A stretch of DNA of 64,000 bases, taken from positions 12,477-76,476 of the forward strand of contig NJBL01000001.1 in assembly GCA_005223145.1 (NCBI GenBank), in the 5' to 3' direction. The stretch comes from a bacterium (candidate division B38) B3_B38 (GTDB taxonomy: Bacteria; Acidobacteriota; B3-B38; Guanabaribacteriales; B3-B38). Shown here piece by piece: positions 38,382 to 46,714 of this stretch. Numbering within the stretch: position 1 is the stretch's first letter; each line of letters begins with the position of its first letter. Made by a program: the position numbers and the translations under genes. Under the pieces are notes generated by a model. The model saw nothing but the letters and a program-made list of their open reading frames with translations. It was not told the origin of the DNA and made no database searches.

Positions 38382-41300
38382 ATGGGCAACGAACAGAAAA
38401 AAGTTGGCGCAGTGCTGGTAGTGGGAGGTGGAGTCGGCGGTATGCAAGCCGCCCTCGACCTGGCGGACTCCGGCTTCAAAGTTTACCTGGTAGAGAAAAA
38501 GAGTTACATCGGCGGAGTAATGGCTCAGCTCGACAAGACCTTCCCCACTAACGACTGCGCGATGTGCATAGTAGCCCCCAGGCTGGTGGAGACAGGAAGG
38601 CATCTCAACATAGAGACCATCACCAATGCTGAGATAGATAAGGTCGAAGGAAAACCGGGAGACTTCAAAGTCACCGTCCGCAAGAAAGCCCGATACATTG
38701 ACCTTGACATATGCACCGGCTGCGGAGAATGCGCCAAAGTCTGCCCTGTGGAGATAGGGAGTGAGTTCGACCTGGGAATGGTCAACCGTCATGCCGCCTA
38801 TCGGGGCTACCCTCAGGCGGTCCCCAGCGCCTATACCATTGAGAAGACGGGGATAGGACCCTGCACCCTTACCTGCCCTGCAGGGGTAAACGCTCACGGG
38901 TATGTGGCGCTCATAGCTGAGGGAAAATTCGCCGAAGCGCTGACCTTGGAGAGAAGACGGAACCCATTCGCAGGTATCTGCGGGCGAGTCTGTCACCACC
39001 CCTGCGAAATAGCCTGTCGCCGGGGCGAATATGACCAGCCCATTTCCATCTGCCACCTCAAACGTTTCCTGGCAGATTGGGAGCTGGAGCACGGACCCCT
39101 CCCCCTCCCCACCATAGAAAAGCCCAAAAAGCAAAAAGTGGCTATTATCGGCTCCGGTCCGGCAGGTCTGGCAGCCGCCCACGACCTCGCCCTGATGGGA
39201 TACAAGGTCACCATCTTCGAAGCCCTGCCAGTAGCCGGAGGAATGCTGCGAACAGGCATCCCTGCCTACAGGCTGCCCCGCGATGTGCTCGACTACGAAA
39301 TAAAAAGAATTACCGACCTGGGGGTGAAGCTCAAGCTCAATACCCCCATCGGCAAGAAATTAACTATTGATGCCCTCAAGAAGAAGGGTTATAAAGCCAT
39401 CTTCATCGCCATAGGCGCCCATAAAGGACTGAAGCTCCGCATCCCCGGAGAAGAAGATTATGAGGGCTTTATGGACTCTGTCAGCTTCCTCCGCCAGGTC
39501 AACCTCGGCGAAAAAGTGAGCCCGGTAAAGAGGGTGCTTATCATCGGCGGCGGGAATGCAGCCATAGATTCTGCCCGCGCCTCTCTGAGGATAGGCTGTG
39601 AGGAGGTATTCATCGTCTATCGGCGGTCGCGTAAGGAGATGCCCGCCAACGAGCCAGAGATTCAAGCGGCAGAGTTCGAAGGGGTAAAAATCCACTACCT
39701 GGCTGCTCCGGTGAGTATCCTCGGCTCCAATGGCAAGGTTACCGGCATGGAGTGCATCCGCATGAGGCTGGGGGAGCCTGATGCCAGTGGTCGCCGAAGA
39801 CCTATCCCCATAGAGGGGACCGAGTTCGTAATAGAAGCCGACCGCATCATCCCTGCCATCAGTCAGGAACCCGACATTTCCTTCCTTTCCGCTGACCATA
39901 AGTTCAATATATCCCGCTGGAATTCCTTTGTGGTAAATGAGGTCAGCTACCAGACCAATATCCCGGGAATCTTTTCCGCTGGGGATGCGGTGACCGGACC
40001 CAACACGGTCATAGATGCCATTGCTGCCGGTAAAGAGGTAGCCATCTCCATTGACCGGTATATTCAGGGGAAAGACCTCCTGGCTGACAGACCGGAAAAG
40101 AAGCCCTGCGAGGGAATGCCAGGACAAAAGGCAGGACCACCCAAACCCCGGCAGGAGATGCCTGCCCTAACTCGTGAAAAAAGGGAAAAGAACTTCAAGG
40201 AGGTAGAACTCGGCTTCACCGAGGAGATGGCTGTTGAAGAAGCCAGGCGATGCCTTGATTGCGGCGTATGCTCCGAATGCCTGGAGTGTGTTAAAGCCTG
40301 CGAAGCCAAAGCCATCGCCCACGAGATGTCTGATGAGCAGTTAGAGGAACTGTCGGTCGGAGCCATAATACTGGCTCCCGGCTACCAACTCTTCCCCGCT
40401 GAGCAAGCTCAGGAGTTCGGCTACGGCAGGTTCCCCAATGTGGTCAGTAGTCTGGAGTTTGAACGCATCCTCTCAGCCAGCGGTCCTTATATGGGGAAGG
40501 TGTTGCGACCCTCCGACCAGGATAAGCCGAAAAAAATTGCCTTCATCCAGTGTGTCGGCTCACGCGATGTGGAGAGAAACTACTGTTCGTCTGTGTGCTG
40601 TATGTACGCCATTAAGGAGGCGGTTATTGCCCGGGAGCATGATCCTGATATCGAGTGTCACATTTTCTATATCGACCTGCGAGCCTTCGGCAAAGGCTTT
40701 GATGAATATTACGAGCGAGCCAAGGAGAGCGGCATCAAGTTTACCCGCTGCCGCCCATCTTCGGTGAAAGAGATACCCCACAGCAAAGACCTCGTGGTCC
40801 GCTATCAGACTGAGGACGGAAGGTTTATCGACGAGGAGTTCAATCTGGTGGTGCTCTCCTGTGGTCTCCAGCCGCCCGAGGGTGTGGAAGAGTTAGCCTC
40901 CACATTGGGGCTGAAACTCGACCAGCATAAGTTCTGCCAGACAGAGAAATTTACCCCCATTGAGACCTCCCAGCCCGGTGTTTTCGTCTGCGGACCCTTC
41001 TCCGAACCCAAGGATATACCAGAAACGGTGACCGAAGCCAGCGGCACCGCCGCTTTGGCTATGGGGATGTTAGCGCCTGCTCGAGGGGAGCTGATCAAGG
41101 AGAAGGAATATCCTCCTGAAAAGGATGTAACCGGGCAGCCACCCCGCATAGGGGTATTTATATGCCATTGCGGCAAGAACATAGGGGGCGTCATTGAAGT
41201 GAAGAAGCTGGTAGAATATGCCAGCCATCTCCCCGATGTGGCTTATGCCACCGATATGATATACACCTGCTCCCAGGATGCCCAGGAGATTATGAAACAG

Positions 41301-42809
41301 ACCATCGAAGAGCACAAGCTGAATCGAGTGGTGGTCGCCTCCTGTACCCCCCGAACCCACGAGCCCCTCTTCCAGGAGACCATCCGCCAGGCGGGGTTGA
41401 ATCCCTATCTGTTTTCCATGGCCAATATTCGAGACCAGTGCACCTGGGTTCACATGCACGAGGCTGACAGCGCCCTGGAAAAGAGCAAGGTGCTGGTTCG
41501 TATGGCTGCTGCCCGAGCCCGCTACATCCAGCCCCTCCACAAGGAAACCATCGGTTTAACCAAGGAAGTCCTGGTCATAGGCGGTGGGGCAGCTGGAATG
41601 GTAGCCGCCCTCAATATGGCGGATGAAGGATACAATGTCCATCTGATAGAGAAAGAAGAGGTGCTGGGAGGCAACCTGAGGCATATTTACTACATCCTTG
41701 AGGGGATAGACCCTCAGAAATATCTGGCAGAGCTGATAGATAAGGTCACTTCAAACCCAAAGATTACCGTCTACCTGGGAAGTGCTCTTACCGGGTTTTC
41801 GGGATTTATCGGCAACTTCCAGGCTGCCATAAGCACCAACGGCGGACCGCCGGAAAATATAAACTGCGGAGTAGCGATAGTAACCACCGGAGGCACTGTC
41901 TACCAGGGAGAGGAGTATCTTTACGGAAAGGATGACAGAGTCATTAACCAGCAGAACCTGGAGGAGACCATCTATCACCATCCGGAGCGGATAAGAGAGC
42001 TGGGACAGGTGGTGATGATCCAATGTGTGGGTTCGCGAGAGCCCGACCATCCCTCCTGCAGCCGCATCTGCTGCGGAGAAGCGATAAAGAACGCATTGAA
42101 AATCAAAGAGATAAGTCCATCGACCGATGTTTTCATCCTTTATAGAGACATCAGAGCCTACGGCTTCCGGGAGAAATATTACCGGCAAGCCAGAGAGCAG
42201 GGGGTCTATTTTATCCGCTATGAGGCTGAGGAAAAGCCCGAAGTAACCAACGAGGGAGCGCTGAAAGTCAGAGTTAAGGATTATATCTTCGGAGGAACAA
42301 TGGAGCTGAGACCCGACCTGCTGGTACTGAGCACGGGAGTCAGAGCCCATCCCGACAGCGAGGAGCTGGCTACCATGCTTAAGGTACCCTTGACTCAGGA
42401 GAAGTTCTTCCTGGAAGCTCATATGAAGCTCCGACCGGTTGACTTCTCCGCTGACGGCATCTTTCTGGCGGGGCTGGCTCATTATCCGAAATATATTGAC
42501 GAATCGATTGCCCAGGCACGGGCGGCGGTATCGCGGGCAAGCAGAGTCATCTGGCAGGATACCTTGCAGGTGGGAGGAGCTATATCCCGGGTGGACGAGA
42601 ACCTGTGTGCGGCCTGCCTCACCTGCATCAGGGTCTGCCCTTATGATGCCCCCGCCTTCCGTGATGGAGTAGCTTATATTGAGATAGCCAAATGTCAGGG
42701 ATGTGGAATATGTGCCGATGCCTGTCCTGCAAAAGCAATACAGCTATTGCATTCCACTGACCAACAGATTATAGCTATGACCGACGCTTTGGCTGAGGCA
42801 GCTTCCTGA
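38382..42809 (+). CDS. hdrL: HdrL-type giant fusion: N-terminal HdrA FAD domain + ferredoxin + GltD/NfnB-like NAD(P)H:FAD module + second HdrA unit with C-terminal 2x[4Fe-4S]
   Basis: VLVVGGGVGGMQAALDLA, NDCAMCIVAPR, CTGCGECAKVCPV. GltD-like FAGICGRVCHHPCEIAC + VAIIGSGPAGLAAAHDLALMGYKVTIFE...GGMLRTGIPAYRLP + VLIIGGGNAAID. Second unit FIQCVGSRD...YCSSVCC, GVFICHCGKNIGG, VLVIGGGAAGMVAALNMA, CAACLTCIRVCP...CQGCGICADACPAKAI. Confidence 0.85.
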   Translation: MGNEQKKVGAVLVVGGGVGGMQAALDLADSGFKVYLVEKKSYIGGVMAQLDKTFPTNDCAMCIVAPRLVETGRHLNIETITNAEIDKVEGKPGDFKVTVRKKARYIDLDICTGCGECAKVCPVEIGSEFDLGMVNRHAAYRGYPQAVPSAYTIEKTGIGPCTLTCPAGVNAHGYVALIAEGKFAEALTLERRRNPFAGICGRVCHHPCEIACRRGEYDQPISICHLKRFLADWELEHGPLPLPTIEKPKKQKVAIIGSGPAGLAAAHDLALMGYKVTIFEALPVAGGMLRTGIPAYRLPRDVLDYEIKRITDLGVKLKLNTPIGKKLTIDALKKKGYKAIFIAIGAHKGLKLRIPGEEDYEGFMDSVSFLRQVNLGEKVSPVKRVLIIGGGNAAIDSARASLRIGCEEVFIVYRRSRKEMPANEPEIQAAEFEGVKIHYLAAPVSILGSNGKVTGMECIRMRLGEPDASGRRRPIPIEGTEFVIEADRIIPAISQEPDISFLSADHKFNISRWNSFVVNEVSYQTNIPGIFSAGDAVTGPNTVIDAIAAGKEVAISIDRYIQGKDLLADRPEKKPCEGMPGQKAGPPKPRQEMPALTREKREKNFKEVELGFTEEMAVEEARRCLDCGVCSECLECVKACEAKAIAHEMSDEQLEELSVGAIILAPGYQLFPAEQAQEFGYGRFPNVVSSLEFERILSASGPYMGKVLRPSDQDKPKKIAFIQCVGSRDVERNYCSSVCCMYAIKEAVIAREHDPDIECHIFYIDLRAFGKGFDEYYERAKESGIKFTRCRPSSVKEIPHSKDLVVRYQTEDGRFIDEEFNLVVLSCGLQPPEGVEELASTLGLKLDQHKFCQTEKFTPIETSQPGVFVCGPFSEPKDIPETVTEASGTAALAMGMLAPARGELIKEKEYPPEKDVTGQPPRIGVFICHCGKNIGGVIEVKKLVEYASHLPDVAYATDMIYTCSQDAQEIMKQTIEEHKLNRVVVASCTPRTHEPLFQETIRQAGLNPYLFSMANIRDQCTWVHMHEADSALEKSKVLVRMAAARARYIQPLHKETIGLTKEVLVIGGGAAGMVAALNMADEGYNVHLIEKEEVLGGNLRHIYYILEGIDPQKYLAELIDKVTSNPKITVYLGSALTGFSGFIGNFQAAISTNGGPPENINCGVAIVTTGGTVYQGEEYLYGKDDRVINQQNLEETIYHHPERIRELGQVVMIQCVGSREPDHPSCSRICCGEAIKNALKIKEISPSTDVFILYRDIRAYGFREKYYRQAREQGVYFIRYEAEEKPEVTNEGALKVRVKDYIFGGTMELRPDLLVLSTGVRAHPDSEELATMLKVPLTQEKFFLEAHMKLRPVDFSADGIFLAGLAHYPKYIDESIAQARAAVSRASRVIWQDTLQVGGAISRVDENLCAACLTCIRVCPYDAPAFRDGVAYIEIAKCQGCGICADACPAKAIQLLHSTDQQIIAMTDALAEAAS

Positions 42810-42813
42810 AGAA

Positions 42814-43257
42814 ATGGGGGAATCAGGATTGAAGGAGTTTGAACCAGAAATTCTGGCTTTTGCCTGCCACTATTGTGCCTATGCAGCAGCCGACCTGGCA
42901 GGCTCTATGAGGCTGCAATACCCCACCAATGTCAAAATAATAAAGCTTCCTTGTTCGGGGAAAATTGACATTATCTATATTTTAAAAGCATTGGAAGCGG
43001 GAGCCGATGGCATACTGGTGGCCGGGTGACTGGAAGGAACCTGCCATTACCTGGAAGGTAATTCGAGGGCAAAGCAGAGAGTGGAGCATGCCAAAAAGCT
43101 CCTTGAAGAGATTGGTATGGAAGGGGAGCGGGTGGAGATGGTCTTCATCTCAGCATCGGAGGGAAATAGATGGGCGGAGACCATAAGCCAGATGAGAGAG
43201 AAACTGAAAGAGCTGGGACCCAATCCCCTTAAACAGAACCGAGGGAGTGGAAAATAA
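42814..43257 (+). CDS. mvhD: MvhD-like selenoprotein: in-frame TGA (Sec) at 43027-43029 replaces the first Cys of the CxxxxCxY motif
   Basis: Upstream part AFACHYCAYAAADLAG...KLPCSGKID...ILVAG, then TGA, then LEGTCHYLEGN...RVEHAKKLL, in frame to TAA at 43255-43257. Aligns residue-for-residue with the Cys paralog (ILACFEDNCKY vs ILVAG-U-LEGTCHY). selA is in the window. A hairpin lies 14 nt downstream. Confidence 0.75.
43043..43070 (+). ncRNA. Candidate bacterial SECIS stem-loop within the mvhD mRNA
   Basis: ATTACC-TGGAA-GGTAAT perfect 6-bp stem with G-containing apical loop (43046-43062), flanked by GCC/GGC, 14 nt 3' of the UGA. Confidence 0.45.
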
Positions 43258-43925
43258 TGATAACCGCTGTAAGGAAGCCACTCAACGAAATTATAGAAAT
43301 GGTAGCCCCCTGCGAGAAGATATTGGTAACTGGCTGTGGCACCTGCGTTACTATAGATTACTCTGGCGGGGCTAAAGAGGCAGCCATCCTGGCCTCGCAG
43401 CTGCGTATTGCGCGGCGGCTGGGAGGGAAAAAGCTGGAAACCCTGGAGCAGACGGTGGAGCGACAGTGCGAATGGGAGTTTGTAAAAGAGTTTACCGACC
43501 ATGCGGCTGAGTGCCAGGCGATAATAAGCATGGCTTGTGGAGCGGGAATACAGACGGTAGCCGCTGCCTTCCCTGATAAGCCGGTCTTCCCCGGAGTCAA
43601 CACCCGATTTATCGGAATGCCCCAGAAACAGGGTGTCTGGGAGGAGAGATGCATCTGCTGTGGCAACTGCGTTCTCCATCTTACCGGTGGGCTTTGCCCA
43701 TTTGCCCGTTGCGCCAAGACCCTTCTCAACGGACCCTGCGAGGGGTCGCAGGACGGCAAGTGTGAGGTGAACCGAGAGCTTGACTGCGTCTGGCAGCAGA
43801 TATACGACAGCTTAAAAGAGAGAGGGAGGCTGGCTGACCTGCAGAAGATATTCCCTCTGCGCGACTGGTCTACCGGTGAGGATGGAGGCTACCGGATAAC
43901 CGTCAGGGAGGATATGATGCTATGA
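43257..43925 (+). CDS. metV: MetV: zinc-ribbon/Cys-rich partner of methylene-THF reductase (MTHFR C-terminal-domain-like protein)
   Basis: CEKILVTGCGTC ... CICCGNCVLHLTGGLCPFARC ... NGPCEGSQDGKC pattern. ATG overlaps the stop of the Sec-mvhD (TAATG). Confidence 0.8.
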   Translation: MITAVRKPLNEIIEMVAPCEKILVTGCGTCVTIDYSGGAKEAAILASQLRIARRLGGKKLETLEQTVERQCEWEFVKEFTDHAAECQAIISMACGAGIQTVAAAFPDKPVFPGVNTRFIGMPQKQGVWEERCICCGNCVLHLTGGLCPFARCAKTLLNGPCEGSQDGKCEVNRELDCVWQQIYDSLKERGRLADLQKIFPLRDWSTGEDGGYRITVREDMML

Positions 43926-44806
43926 ACGCCAACAGCGGTCTGAAAAAGCTATTAGCCAAGGAGGAGTTTGTAGTCATTGCCGGCATCGGTATCCCCCGGG
44001 GGGCTGATTTCAAACCACTGGAAGAGCGATACAAGCTATTAGAGAAGAAGGTCAATGCCTTTTATATACCCGATAACCCGGGAGCAAATGTCCACCTACT
44101 GGGTCTGGCAGCAGCGGTCCACCTTGAGAAGCTGGGCGGGGAGACGGTGCTGGAGCTGAACTGCCGGGATAGAAATCGCATCGCCATCCAGAGCTCTATT
44201 CTGGGAGCGGCTGCTCTGGGTATACCCAACCTTCTCTTCTCTACCGGCGACCATCAGACCCTGGGCAATTTCAGAGGGGCTAAGAGGGTCTACGATGTGG
44301 ACCTGACTCAGGCCATCCAGGTAGCCAGGGGGATGAGGGATGAGAAAAAATTCTCCAATGGTGAGGAGGTAGCTCAACCGCCCTCCATCTTCATCGGTGC
44401 CGAGGCAAACCCCTTTGCCGACCCCTTTGAATTCAGAGCAGCCCTTATGGCGAAAAAGGTCGAAGCAGGTGCGGACTTTGTTCAGATCCGAGCGGTCTTC
44501 GACCTGGAGCGCTTCGGGAAATGGATAAAGCTGGTGCGGCAGCAAGAACCCCTTCAGAAAATCCCCATCCTGGCAGGGATAATACCTCTGGTCTCGGTGG
44601 AGCAAGCCAAATCCCTTCAGGAAGCACCGGGGATGATAGTGCCCGACTCCATCATCCAGCGGCTGGAAGCGAGCGGCAAACCCGAGGATGAGGGCATCAA
44701 GATAGCAAAGGAGATTATCGCCCAGGTGAAGAAAACGGAAGGGGTGAGAGGGATTGTGCTCCACGCCAGCGGGATGGAAAGCCTGGTGCCCGACCTCATC
44801 AAATAG
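43922..44806 (+). CDS. metF: 5,10-methylenetetrahydrofolate reductase
   Basis: MTHFR TIM-barrel fold (FVVIAGIGIPRG, LELNCRDRNRIAIQSSILGAAALGIPNLLFSTGD, GADFVQI). Overlaps the metV stop (ATGA). Confidence 0.85.
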   Translation: MNANSGLKKLLAKEEFVVIAGIGIPRGADFKPLEERYKLLEKKVNAFYIPDNPGANVHLLGLAAAVHLEKLGGETVLELNCRDRNRIAIQSSILGAAALGIPNLLFSTGDHQTLGNFRGAKRVYDVDLTQAIQVARGMRDEKKFSNGEEVAQPPSIFIGAEANPFADPFEFRAALMAKKVEAGADFVQIRAVFDLERFGKWIKLVRQQEPLQKIPILAGIIPLVSVEQAKSLQEAPGMIVPDSIIQRLEASGKPEDEGIKIAKEIIAQVKKTEGVRGIVLHASGMESLVPDLIK

Positions 44807-44871
44807 GATGGTTATTCTGAATAGCTTAATGCACTTCTTCTTTGAATGGAGGATTCAAGGGAGCTGAGACA

Positions 44872-45435
44872 ATGGATAAGGTGTTAACGCCGGAAACCCT
44901 GAAATCGGATTTTATAGACAAAATCGCCCAGGAAAGCGACCAGAATGTGTACCTCTGCTATCAGTGCCGCAAGTGTGCCGCCGGGTGCCCGGTCACCTAT
45001 GAAACTGACTATACCCCCTTCCAGATAATTCAGGGGGTGATATATGGCCAACGGGAGCTGGTGCTCAACAGCAAGATGATATGGCTATGCACCACATGTG
45101 AGACCTGCACCACCCGCTGCCCCCAGGAGATAGATATCGCCCGGGTGATGGATGCCGCCCGAATTATCGCCCAGCGAGAGGGAATAAAGGCTAAATATCC
45201 GGTGGTGCCCGCCTTTTTCCAAACCTCATTACAAAATATCAGTTGGTTCGGGAGGCTGTACGAGGTGGGACTGATAATGATGCTCAAGCTGCGGACAAAG
45301 GATTTCACTAAAGATATGGGCCTGGGGATAAGGATGTTCTTAAATAGAAAGCTCAAGCTCACTCCCAAGCCCACCGCATTGCGAGAAGTAAGGCGGATTT
45401 TCAAGAAAATCAAAGAGATAGAGGAGACCAGTTGA
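44872..45435 (+). CDS. hdrC: Heterodisulfide reductase subunit C-like (2x[4Fe-4S])
   Basis: CYQCRKCAAGCP and CTTCETCTTRCP. Start placed at ATG 44872 (AAGGGAG 9 nt upstream). The ORF track begins at 44842 without an RBS. Confidence 0.85.
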   Translation: MDKVLTPETLKSDFIDKIAQESDQNVYLCYQCRKCAAGCPVTYETDYTPFQIIQGVIYGQRELVLNSKMIWLCTTCETCTTRCPQEIDIARVMDAARIIAQREGIKAKYPVVPAFFQTSLQNISWFGRLYEVGLIMMLKLRTKDFTKDMGLGIRMFLNRKLKLTPKPTALREVRRIFKKIKEIEETS

Positions 45436-46337
45436 TGAGATATGCCTACTACCCGGGATGCTCTCTCCACTCCACTGCCTTTGAATATGACCTCTCCATG
45501 AGAGCTGTGCTGGAAAAGCTGGGGATAGAGTATGAGGAGCTGCGGGGATGGATTTGCTGCGGCACGTCCCCGGCTCACTGCAGCTCGAAGCTTCTGGGGG
45601 TAACCCTTCCAATAAAGAACCTGGCTATCGCCGAGGAGGACGGCTTCCGGCAGATGATAGTCCCCTGCGCTTCGTGTTTCTCCCGGTTGAAGATCGCCCT
45701 GCACGAGACAAGCGAGAATCCCGAGCTAAAGGAGAAAGTGGAGCAGGTCCTCAACTATGCCTATCAGGGTAGTGTTGAGGTTCGCCATCCTCTGGATATC
45801 CTCTATAACGAGGTGGGACTGGAACGGATAAGGGAATCGGTCAGAGAAAACCTCTCACGGATGAAGGTAGTGTGCTATTACGGCTGCCTCTTAACCCGTC
45901 CCCCCAAGGCGGTTAATTTCGACCAATGTGAGTATCCTATGACCATGGACAACTTGCTAAAAGGCTGCGGAATAGAGGTGCTCGACTGGTCTTACAAAAC
46001 CGATTGCTGCGGTGCGGGGCAGGCTTTGGCACTGACCAATATCGTAGTCAAGCTGAGCCGAGACATCCTGGACAACGCCAAGCAGGTGGGCGCCGAGGCA
46101 GTGGCAGTAGCGTGTCCGCTGTGTCACAGCAACCTTGATGCCCGACAGAGTGAGATAGAGCAGACTTATAAACTGAGTCTCAATCTGCCCATCTTCTATT
46201 TCAGCCAGCTCATCGCCCTGGCTATGGGAGTGGACAAGAATAAAATAGGATTGCAAGGGCATCTGGTAAATCCCTTTCCCCTGCTCAAAAAAATAAAATC
46301 CCCTTCATCCCCTGCCAGGCCGCCGTCTCGGGGATAA
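45432..46337 (+). CDS. hdrB: Heterodisulfide reductase subunit B-like (two CCG Cys-rich domains)
   Basis: YYPGCSLHS, WICCGTSP, CASC, YYGCLLTRPP, TDCCGAG, CPLC. Confidence 0.9.
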   Translation: MMRYAYYPGCSLHSTAFEYDLSMRAVLEKLGIEYEELRGWICCGTSPAHCSSKLLGVTLPIKNLAIAEEDGFRQMIVPCASCFSRLKIALHETSENPELKEKVEQVLNYAYQGSVEVRHPLDILYNEVGLERIRESVRENLSRMKVVCYYGCLLTRPPKAVNFDQCEYPMTMDNLLKGCGIEVLDWSYKTDCCGAGQALALTNIVVKLSRDILDNAKQVGAEAVAVACPLCHSNLDARQSEIEQTYKLSLNLPIFYFSQLIALAMGVDKNKIGLQGHLVNPFPLLKKIKSPSSPARPPSRG

Positions 46338-46646
46338 ATCTTTTCCTATCCATTTCTTTCTTGATTAAATATTATATGTCCCTAATCCCCTTGCTCTATC
46401 ATAATCAACCCAAATTAGGACTGTAATTAAGACCCTTGGACAGTTGAATCGGCTGAAAATTTACCATATAAAAGAGCCCCTAAAAAGTCAAACAACTAAA
46501 AATAGCAATTTAGCGGCTTACTATCTCTGTCACAACGGTGAAGGTATTGTTCTTAGACAATAAGCCCATAATATAATAACACCTTACGGTTTATTTAAAG
46601 GGAGTTGTTTGTAAAGTCAATTTTGGCTCCAGGGGCATTTTTTATG

Positions 46647-46675
46647 TTGACATTGCTCTATTCTATGCTAATAAT
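46647..46675 (+). promoter_or_regulatory. sigma70-like promoter (TTGACA-N16/17-TAATAA) for the tricorn protease gene, overlapped by a 7-bp inverted repeat
   Basis: TTGACA at 46647-46652. CTATGCT(9)AGCATAG at 46663-46685. SD AAGGAGGGG before the ATG at 46715. Confidence 0.5.
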
Positions 46676-46714
46676 TAAAGCATAGTAACCTTATATTTTT
46701 TAAGGAGGGGTAAG

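Noticed and set aside
38349-42482. Long antisense and alternative-frame ORFs inside hdrL (for example 38349-39182 minus, 39360-40127 minus, 41751-42482 minus)
   Set aside because: They lie entirely within a strongly supported, motif-rich coding frame. They are Arg/Gly/Ser-biased as expected for shadow ORFs in GC-rich coding DNA, and they lack RBSs.
44842-44871. Upstream ATG at 44842 as the hdrC start
   Set aside because: No SD precedes it, whereas ATG 44872 has AAGGGAG at optimal spacing. The first 10 codons (MNGGFKGAET) are not part of conserved HdrC.
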